From the NCBI GenBank assembly GCA_963736115.1, contig CAVTNR010000012.1, positions 320,001 through 384,000 on the forward strand: a DNA stretch of 64,000 nt, read 5' to 3'. The notes below the pieces were generated by a model that was not told the DNA's origin, searched no databases, and saw nothing but the letters and a program-made list of their open reading frames with translations. Origin of the DNA: an uncultured bacterium (lineage in GTDB: Bacteria; Zhuqueibacterota; QNDG01; DTFT01). The position numbers were made by a program, and so were the translations under genes. Of the stretch, positions 56,805 through 64,000 are shown piece by piece; position 1 is the stretch's first letter; the number at the start of each line of letters is the position of its first letter.

Positions 56805-58281
56805 TCCGAAACAGCTTTCCCGCCTTCCCTGCCAGGCTTTTCCGGAACCATTCCAACTCGCTCCTGTCAAAAAGGCCGAACGCCGTGATCAGAACGGCGT
56901 ATAGGGGAAGCAGTATCGTGCATTGAATCACAGGATGGGCCCCTTTTATAAGCAAATATACAGGGGCCATCAAAGTCAATGCAGCAAAAGGTTTGCCGAG
57001 TACTGCGAGCTGGGAACGAACGACGAATCCGGCCTTTTCAAGAATTCTCCAATACAGGATGACGATGAAAACATCCGTCAAGGCCGTAGCCGCGGCCGCG
57101 CCGATAATGCCGTATCGCCGTATGAGAATGATATTGACCGCGATGTTGAAAACGCTCCTGACCGCGGACGCGGCGATCTCGCGCGTCTGCAGATTCACCG
57201 CGATCAGTGTATTGCCGAAGAGGTAGCGGAGATAAGCCGGGACCACGGCCAGGCCGAGCACCGCGAGCGCGGCGCCGCCCTCCCGGTAGTCCGGACCGAA
57301 CCAACTCATCACGGTTCCGGCCATCAGCACCGTTCCCACGGCCACGGCGAATGCCGCGGCCGTCAGGTACCGGATCGCGCGGCCGAGCAGGGTCCGGACC
57401 AGGTCCTTGGACACGAGAGTACGACCCGCGATTTCTGGATAGGTCGCCTCGGTGAGCACATTCGGCACCAGCCAGAGACTTTCCAGAATTTTGCGGGCGA
57501 CGCCGTAAACGCCGGCCGGTCCGAAACCGATGGTCAGCAGGGACACCAGCACGGTGTCGATGTAGTCGTACACGCGCCAGAGCGCGGACTGGGCCACGTA
57601 TATCCACGATTCCGAAAGCAGGGAAGCCGACACTTTCACGCTCGGCCGGCTGTATCCGTCCGGGCAGAGACGCCGGACCGCGAAAAACAGCCAGATAAAA
57701 CTGATCAGGCGCGAGCCCGCGAACACCCAGGCCGCGGCGAAAACGCCCCGCCCCGACACCAGCAGGCCGCCGCCGATGACGAGCAGGACCACGCGCTCCG
57801 CGTTCATGGCCACGGTGTCGTGGTGAAATCCGCCGAGCGCCTTGACCGCCGCGCGGAGCGTCAACGTATAGCTCTTCAGGGATTCGGCCGCGAACACCAC
57901 GAGCAGAAGCAGACGGAACGACAACGTGTACTTTTCGCGGAACACCAGGGCCGCGCCGTAGCACAGTCCCAGCGTCAGGACCGTGAGCCCCGCCTGGAGC
58001 CAGAGCGCGTTCGAGACGAAAACGCCGGCCTCCCGCGGCCGCCGGACAATGACCTTGGTGATCGAGTATGAAAAACCGAACAGAATCAGCATCGCGAACA
58101 GGCCGGTGAAGCCCATGGCGGTGTTGAACTGGCCCCAGACATCCTTGCCGAGCCGGTTGGCCGCGAGAAAAAAGAAGGCGGCCGTGAACAGCATGCTCAG
58201 TTCCGAGAAGGCGCTGAACACGGTGTTCCAGACAATGCGCCGCGGCGGGGAAACCCGTCCCGTGGTCCCGGCATCGCTCAC
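56791..58281 (-). CDS. Wzx-type polysaccharide flippase
   Basis: 496 aa MOP family; LG...WG.F, YIDT.L.S, G.Y..A, A.YP, YGIIGAA.AT. Confidence 0.87.
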   Translation of the reverse strand: MSDAGTTGRVSPPRRIVWNTVFSAFSELSMLFTAAFFFLAANRLGKDVWGQFNTAMGFTGLFAMLILFGFSYSITKVIVRRPREAGVFVSNALWLQAGLTVLTLGLCYGAALVFREKYTLSFRLLLLVVFAAESLKSYTLTLRAAVKALGGFHHDTVAMNAERVVLLVIGGGLLVSGRGVFAAAWVFAGSRLISFIWLFFAVRRLCPDGYSRPSVKVSASLLSESWIYVAQSALWRVYDYIDTVLVSLLTIGFGPAGVYGVARKILESLWLVPNVLTEATYPEIAGRTLVSKDLVRTLLGRAIRYLTAAAFAVAVGTVLMAGTVMSWFGPDYREGGAALAVLGLAVVPAYLRYLFGNTLIAVNLQTREIAASAVRSVFNIAVNIILIRRYGIIGAAAATALTDVFIVILYWRILEKAGFVVRSQLAVLGKPFAALTLMAPVYLLIKGAHPVIQCTILLPLYAVLITAFGLFDRSELEWFRKSLAGKAGKLFRIAKK

Positions 58282-59439
58282 GCGTCCCTCCTTCGGCTCT
58301 CAAGCAGGGACTCGAAACCACGGACCATGCGTTCGACCGAAAACTGTTCGACCGCGGTCCTGCGGCCGGCAGTCGGAAAGCCGCGAGGCAAGGCGCTTGT
58401 CCCGGAGGATCCGGATCAGGGCCGCGGCCAGGCCACCGGCATCGTCCGGATCGAAGAGAAGCCCGTTCTCTCCGTCGCGGATGATTTCGGGTATGCCGCC
58501 GACAGCGGGCGCGGCCACGGGCACGCCCGCGGCCATCATCTCGATGAGCGCGATGCCGTGCGTTTCCATGTGCGAGCAGAGCAGGCCCGCGTCGAGAAGG
58601 GGAATCAGGTCCCGCACGTCGCTGCGGTATCCCAAAAAGCGGACCGCGGATGAAACCCCGAACGATTCCGCCAGGGCCCGGAGTTCGGACTTGAGCGGTC
58701 CCTCACCGATGAGCAGGAAACGCGCACGGGGCACGGCCTTGAGGACAATAGGCACAGCCTCGAGCAGAAGCCTGTGGTTTTTCACCGGAACCAGGTTGGC
58801 GGTGATGCCGACCAGCCTGTCCCCCGGGCCGAAGCCGAGGCTTGCGGCCAGGCCGGGTTTCGGCCGGACGGACCGGAACCGCGACAGGTCGATGCCGTTG
58901 GGAATCACATCGATGCGTCCGGGCCGTACGCCGAGGCCGCGGATGATGGCCGCTTTGAGGAAAGCGGACGGAACCACGATGCGGTCCGTGTCTTTCAGAA
59001 GCAGGCGATCCGCCGGCCTGAGCGGCGCGGGATAAAGGCCTTCGAGCACCGTGTCCTGGGCGCGACTGACGGCCGGAACGCCCGCCAGCCGCGCCGCGGC
59101 CGGACCCGCGAAAGTGCCCGGACCGAGGGCGAAGTAGAGCATGACATCCGGCCGCATGCGGCGGAGCGTCAAAGCCGATCGCGCGATTGCGGAGAGGTCG
59201 AAGCGCCCCCGCATGGCGATTTCCACGGTTTCGATTCCCGGCCATTGAAAAAAGGCCCGCTGTCGGACGCGGACGGCTTCGTCCGTGCGGCGGGCCTTGT
59301 AACCCGGGTAGAGGAGGATGACGGACGGCTGAACGCGCCTGCGGTCCAGGTGCCGCATCAGGTGATCCAGTTTAGTCTCGAATCCCCCGATGTCGTGGCA
59401 CGCGACCAGAAAAGCGGCCCGTACGGGCCTGCGGTTCAC
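58278..59439 (-). CDS. GT4 glycosyltransferase (frameshift ~58370 near C-terminus)
   Basis: GG.E, IPNGID, L.P.KNH, LGYRSDV, E.MAAG.PV....GG..E. The alternative frame gives GRRTAVEQFSVERMV, ending at a GTGA overlap. Confidence 0.88.
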
Positions 59440-61415
59440 GGAACCCCGCCCGGAAACAGCCGGGCCATGGCTTCATCGAGCCGGCCGAGCCGGTTTTCCC
59501 AGAGAAACTCTTTCTTCAGCGCCTCGAAATCCGCACCGTCCACGGGTCTGTTTTCCTTCAGGATTCGGACGATCGCTTCAGGGAATTCTTCGATCGGGCA
59601 CACCGTCAGCCTGGAAAATCCGCGCGGCACGGCCCGGGCGCCGGTTTCCGTGGCCACGACAGGCTTGCCGCAGGCCAGGGATTCAACGACCTTGGTCGGC
59701 ATGCCCCAGCCGCCGGTCATGGGCGAAATCACGACGTCGGCCCGCCGGATGAGGTCGGCCACGGATTCCACGAATCCGGTGAATTCAAAAGCCGGATGGC
59801 TGAGTTCAAGCGGCGGATGCGCGCCCGCGAATTGAAAGCGGACTCGGGGAGATTCCTTCAGAACCCGGTCCGCGATTCGGTCGCGCACTGCAGCCACCGC
59901 TTCCCGGTTCGTGGAAATGGCGTAATTGCCGAAGAACAGGATGATTTTCGGGTTGTTCTTTTTCGGCTTGTACCGGGGGTTGAGTACCGTATCGTCAAAG
60001 CCCTGCGGCACGACCGTGATTTTGTCCGGCTTGGTCCACCGGCTGTAGAATGCCGCATCCTCTTCCGAGATCGCGACGAGCAGGCGGCATTTTTTCACGG
60101 CCTTTTTCTCCGCGGACCGGACCAGCGGCACCAGGGGCAAGCGCCTGAAGTCGGACTTCGCCTTGCCGAGATACTGCCGATACTCGATGTTGTGCGAGGC
60201 ATACACGAAAGGCACGCCGAAACGCTTGGAGAGCTTCACTCCGTATTTGCCTGCCAGGCCGTAATCGCAGAAGATCAGGTCGTAGCGGTTCTTTTCGAGA
60301 AGCCGGGCCGCCGCGCTATACAGGGGTTTACTGAATAGAAAATATCCCTTCTGTGAAAAAGGAATCGCGATTTTTTCTCCGACCCCTTTCAGTCGGTTCC
60401 CGTACTTTTCCTCGAGAGCCGGATCGCCGGGATGCCCGGATCCGGTCATGTACACCAAGTCCAGGCTGTGCCGCCGGCTGAGAAAATTGACGAACTCGCC
60501 GCCACGCGCGCCGGCTCCAGTGTAGGGCACGGCCGGGTCGTACATGGAGAGGTACAGGATGCGTTTGGAATGCGGCGACCACAGCATGCCGGACTTCCCC
60601 GCGAATGCTGTTTTGGATTGCGGCGGCTGTGTCGCCGCTTTTCGATCCGCGGCGTTTTTCTGCCCGCCCTTGACGGCTCCGAGTTTCCGTTGGCGGACCA
60701 CCTTCGCGGGCACGCCGGCCGCGATGGCATAATCAGCCACGTCGCGGTTGACCACCGATCCTGCGCCGATCACCGCGTGCCTGCCCACGGACACGCCGTC
60801 GAATACCGTGACGTGCGCGCCGATCCACCCGCCGGGCCCGATCCGGATGCCTTTGGACTCGCGGCCCTGGTTCAGGACCGGAACCGCGGGATCATCGAAC
60901 CGGTGCGTGCCGCCGACCAGGTACACGTACGCGGCCAGCAATTCCTCCGCGCCCACAACCACTTCGCTCGCGCTGAAAATCGTGCAGTTCGAGCCGATAT
61001 TGGCGCGGTCTTCGAGTGTGATGTCGCCGTTCTTGCAGTTGAGTATGGTGTTCCGGCCGAGAAACACGCCGTCGCCGATCCGGATGCCGTTGTTGTCCTG
61101 ACCCTTTGCGTCGAGCACGCATCCGTCGTCGATCACCGCGCCGTCACCGATCTCGATTTTTCCGGGATGACGCAGTACGACGCCGCGGCCGAACGTCACG
61201 CCGCGGCCCGTACGGCCGAGAAGTTTCGGGTAGAGTTTGGATCGAAGCAACAGCCCGGCCGCTCCCGGCATGGAGCCGCAGAGCGCGGTGATACACTCGA
61301 ACCGGATCAGCTTCAGCAGGCTCCGCTCGCCCAGGATGAGGTCCTGGTATTTCGCGAGCTTGCCTCCGCCTGAGGCGAATTCCTTCTGAATTTCGATGGT
61401 TTCGGTTTTGGCCAT
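59436..61415 (-). CDS. fusion of hexapeptide-repeat (LbH) acyltransferase and GT4 glycosyltransferase
   Basis: N-half with IG.G..I repeats and IGAGSVV..DV....IAAGVPAKV; K/A/Q linker; C-half RILYLS, SHN.E, FTGFV, G...KV.E.LA.GKPVVAT. Confidence 0.85.
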   Translation of the reverse strand: MAKTETIEIQKEFASGGGKLAKYQDLILGERSLLKLIRFECITALCGSMPGAAGLLLRSKLYPKLLGRTGRGVTFGRGVVLRHPGKIEIGDGAVIDDGCVLDAKGQDNNGIRIGDGVFLGRNTILNCKNGDITLEDRANIGSNCTIFSASEVVVGAEELLAAYVYLVGGTHRFDDPAVPVLNQGRESKGIRIGPGGWIGAHVTVFDGVSVGRHAVIGAGSVVNRDVADYAIAAGVPAKVVRQRKLGAVKGGQKNAADRKAATQPPQSKTAFAGKSGMLWSPHSKRILYLSMYDPAVPYTGAGARGGEFVNFLSRRHSLDLVYMTGSGHPGDPALEEKYGNRLKGVGEKIAIPFSQKGYFLFSKPLYSAAARLLEKNRYDLIFCDYGLAGKYGVKLSKRFGVPFVYASHNIEYRQYLGKAKSDFRRLPLVPLVRSAEKKAVKKCRLLVAISEEDAAFYSRWTKPDKITVVPQGFDDTVLNPRYKPKKNNPKIILFFGNYAISTNREAVAAVRDRIADRVLKESPRVRFQFAGAHPPLELSHPAFEFTGFVESVADLIRRADVVISPMTGGWGMPTKVVESLACGKPVVATETGARAVPRGFSRLTVCPIEEFPEAIVRILKENRPVDGADFEALKKEFLWENRLGRLDEAMARLFPGGVP

Positions 61416-61470
61416 AGCGACTCTTCCGCTCCCGAACATACATACGGATTTCATAAATTTATTTCGTCAT

Positions 61471-61522
61471 GTCATCCCCGCGTACGTGTCTTTTTCATCC
61501 GCGTCAGCGGACGGGGATCCAG
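61471..61522. repeat. REP-like intergenic palindrome
   Basis: GTCATCCCCGCG...CGGGGATCCAG arms with an internal TCCGC-GTCA-GCGGA hairpin; single copy in this window. Confidence 0.45.
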
Positions 61523-61541
61523 TCACTTTTTACACAATCTC

Positions 61542-62516
61542 CTACAACAGCCCCTGCTCCTTGTACCACGCCCCCGTCCTCGCGAGACCCTCGGCAAGAT
61601 CGATCTTCGGGTCATACCCGAGAATCCGTTTCGCCTTGGCAATGTCGAATGCCCTGTCCTTCACAAAAAATTCCACGCGCCTGGGGTAGATCGGCGGGGG
61701 AATACGGAAGGGACGGCAGACCTTCTCGCAGACCGCGGCGGCCGCGAGGAACGGCCCCACGGGAATGTGGATGCGTGACGGTTTCGTGCCGAGCACGGCC
61801 GCGATTGCGGCGTAGAGCTCGTTGAGCGTCGTGTACCGCGGACCGGCCAGGGTGAAGATCTGTCCCTCAATGCCTGCCGTTTCCCCGACGAGGCGTATCC
61901 CTTCAACAAGATCGTCGATAAAGGTCAGATGGTAGAGAACGTTTCCCGATCCGATCATGGGCTTGCGTACGTTCCGGAACAGCTTCAAAAAGCGCGTGTC
62001 ACCCGGCCCGTAAATGCCCACCGGCCGGAACACGGCGATGGGCGCTCCCTTCTCCCTGAAATACCGGAGCGCGAGAATCTCGCCCTCCATTTTGGATTCC
62101 TGGTAATGGTCGCCTGGATTGTACGGCGCCTCTTCCGTGGCTGGCGGATTCGAGATGTCGCCCTGCACGCCGACCGTACTGCAGTGCACGAAGCGCTTCA
62201 CCCCGGACCTCATCGAGGCCTCGATGAGGTTCTTCGTGCCGCCGACATTGACGTTGAAGAACAACCGCCTCGGCACATTCTCCTCGCGGTACACGGCCGC
62301 GATGTGGTACACGGTTTCAACGTCCCGGACAGCGGCGTCCAGGGTCTCCGGTTTGGTCAGGTCCCCGATGACCGGCTCGATGCCGGCCTGGACCAGCGCA
62401 CCGGTGTCGCTTCCCGGAAGCACCAGGGTCCGCACCTGAAGGCCACGGCCCGCGAGATGCCGGCACAGATGCCCGCCCGTGTAACCGGCGCCGCCTGTCA
62501 CGAGTACGCGACTCAT
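61542..62516 (-). CDS. NAD-dependent epimerase/dehydratase (extended SDR)
   Basis: VLVTGGAGYTG, YHIAA, NV.GT.N, CST.GV, Y..SK, RP..IYGPGD. Confidence 0.9.
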   Translation of the reverse strand: MSRVLVTGGAGYTGGHLCRHLAGRGLQVRTLVLPGSDTGALVQAGIEPVIGDLTKPETLDAAVRDVETVYHIAAVYREENVPRRLFFNVNVGGTKNLIEASMRSGVKRFVHCSTVGVQGDISNPPATEEAPYNPGDHYQESKMEGEILALRYFREKGAPIAVFRPVGIYGPGDTRFLKLFRNVRKPMIGSGNVLYHLTFIDDLVEGIRLVGETAGIEGQIFTLAGPRYTTLNELYAAIAAVLGTKPSRIHIPVGPFLAAAAVCEKVCRPFRIPPPIYPRRVEFFVKDRAFDIAKAKRILGYDPKIDLAEGLARTGAWYKEQGLL

Positions 62517-64000
62517 GCGGCGGGCTCCCGTGCCGGCACGTATGCGGCTTCCGCGTCCCGGATTTCGCTTTTCAGCCTGGCCTCGTCCCATCCGAGTTCC
62601 GCGGCCATGAGCCGTCCGCAGGCCTCCAGCGCCTCCGCGCCCGGATGCTTCGCGGACCCCAGGCCCGTCCTCCGCCGCACCACATCGGCCAGCCGCACCG
62701 CGGCCTCCTCACGCACCGCGTGCACGATCTGTCCGCCGATCACTTCAACGGAGCCGGGCAGGGTTTTCCCCAGCTCCGGCCGGCCTTCGATGAGTTTCAG
62801 CACCGCGGGGTAATCCGTGCCGTACTGCGACAGCAGATGGTTCAGGACGGCCGGCGCAAGTCCGAACGGTGCGCTGGTCCTGACGTTCTCAGCGAAGGAG
62901 TCGAACCGCCGGATGTCCCCGCCGCGCAGGGGCGTATTCCGGGAAACCGACTGCCCGACCGGCGCATGCAGTTTCTTCACCAGGAGCTTCACGGTCCTTT
63001 CCGCCACGTCACGGGCCGTTGTGTATTTGACCCCGACCACGGATACGATGCCCTCCACGCCGTTCTCAATGGAATGGTCGTGAATGCGGTAATGCGGCGT
63101 CAGCCGCACTTCGCCCGTTTTCGGGTTCACTCCCTCCATGGGCAGGAATCCCTTGTGGAAGAAGGACACATCCTCGCGCCGGAACGCGGCGCCCGGAACC
63201 GCCCGGCCGATCTCGGCGAGAGCCGATTCGATGTCCGATTCGGTGACCGCCATGGCCTCAGGATCGCCCGTGTACGGCTTGTGAAAGGTGCCGGCCAGAG
63301 TGACGCCCTGCCAGGGCGCGACGAACAGCACCCGGCTGCCGCGGTATTCACTGCCGTCCGCCCGTCGGTGGGTGAAACGCCCGCTCACTCCCGCGGCGCA
63401 TCCCGGGAGCAGTCCGCGGTTCAGTACGAGATTCATGGCCGTGGACAACCGGATCATTTTATTCTGGATGCCCGGGACGGCCCTGGCAAGCACCGGGTCC
63501 GCGAATCCGCCCGAGGCGTTCAGGACCATGCGTGACCGCACTTCGAATTCCGTGCCCGTGAGGGTATCCTTCACCATCGCGCCTGAGATGCGGTTTTTGA
63601 CCCGCAGAAAATCAACCGCCTGCGTGTAATTCGCGCACACCGCTCCGGCCTGATCGGCCGACAGAACGAAGGCCAGCAGGAGCCGCTCTGAATTGACCAT
63701 CTGGGCGTCGGACCAGTAAGCGCCGCCCGTGACCCGGCCGCCGTCGATGCCCGGCACCAGGCCGATGCAGGTTTCCCTTGAAACGACCCGGCCACGCGGG
63801 ATCCGGTGTTCCGGGTCCAGCCCGTGGTTCCGGTCGAAACTCAGGATGTCGTTCGCGATCATGCCGAACCGCATCACCCACTTGCTTTTCATCATCAGGC
63901 CGTAGGTCGGCATGACGCAACACATGGGCCTCACCAGATGCGGCGCAACGGCCAACAGGATGCGCCTTTCGCGCACCGACTCGCGCACGCGGGCCAGGTC
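62513..64000 (-). CDS. FAD-dependent glycerol-3-phosphate dehydrogenase/oxidase-like protein (5' end outside window)
   Basis: RES..ER..L...APHLV.P, DAQ...ER, NA.G, F..PW....L.GT, G.KYTT.R..AE, E.A..L.DV..RRT. Confidence 0.85.
   Translation of the reverse strand, partial: DLARVRESVRERRILLAVAPHLVRPMCCVMPTYGLMMKSKWVMRFGMIANDILSFDRNHGLDPEHRIPRGRVVSRETCIGLVPGIDGGRVTGGAYWSDAQMVNSERLLLAFVLSADQAGAVCANYTQAVDFLRVKNRISGAMVKDTLTGTEFEVRSRMVLNASGGFADPVLARAVPGIQNKMIRLSTAMNLVLNRGLLPGCAAGVSGRFTHRRADGSEYRGSRVLFVAPWQGVTLAGTFHKPYTGDPEAMAVTESDIESALAEIGRAVPGAAFRREDVSFFHKGFLPMEGVNPKTGEVRLTPHYRIHDHSIENGVEGIVSVVGVKYTTARDVAERTVKLLVKKLHAPVGQSVSRNTPLRGGDIRRFDSFAENVRTSAPFGLAPAVLNHLLSQYGTDYPAVLKLIEGRPELGKTLPGSVEVIGGQIVHAVREEAAVRLADVVRRRTGLGSAKHPGAEALEACGRLMAAELGWDEARLKSEIRDAEAAYVPAREPAA

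Noticed and set aside
6314-63535. Many long plus-strand ORFs (e.g. 6314-7972, 13260-15218, 24798-26684, 50829-52844)
   Set aside because: Antisense shadows of real minus-strand genes in high-GC DNA; no recognisable motifs.

Overview
GC-rich bacterial window in which every real gene lies on the minus strand. It has three parts. (1) 1-5950: a reverse-orientation integron. The interrupted intI points towards its array, three clear attC sites are present, and the cassettes are unusual: a secreted low-GC metallo-beta-lactamase-fold hydrolase, a full-length catalase-peroxidase katG, and a TPP-dependent dehydrogenase E1 alpha/beta pair. (2) 6400-9600: a Na+/sugar symporter plus GH130 mannoside phosphorylase operon with a LacI-type operator. 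(3) 9750-64000: a >54 kb surface-glycan/exopolysaccharide locus with 3 Wzx-type flippases, many GT2/GT4/GT-C enzymes, a Wzy/WaaL-like protein, RmlD, methyl- and acyltransferases, an AsnB-like amidoligase with a degenerate glutaminase domain, and an ACP/acyl-CoA ligase/PLP decarboxylase/GNAT module of the type known from exosortase A (PEP-CTERM) loci. Embedded in this locus are four paralogous secreted FG-GAP/ASPIC-UnbV proteins that each carry both a dockerin-like and a cohesin-like module (three pairs in the largest) plus a YPNPFNP/FlgD-like tail, and two secreted putative carbohydrate-active proteins sharing a short C-terminal D-x-x-P-P-A-x-P-x-x-V-x-V tag. The best candidate for a new system is a self-polymerising dockerin-cohesin protein scaffold co-encoded with an amide-modified EPS. 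The tails suggest an FCB-group lineage such as KSB1/Calditrichota (inference). Several single-base frameshifts probably reflect long-read assembly errors. All family assignments are from motif recognition; no database search was run.
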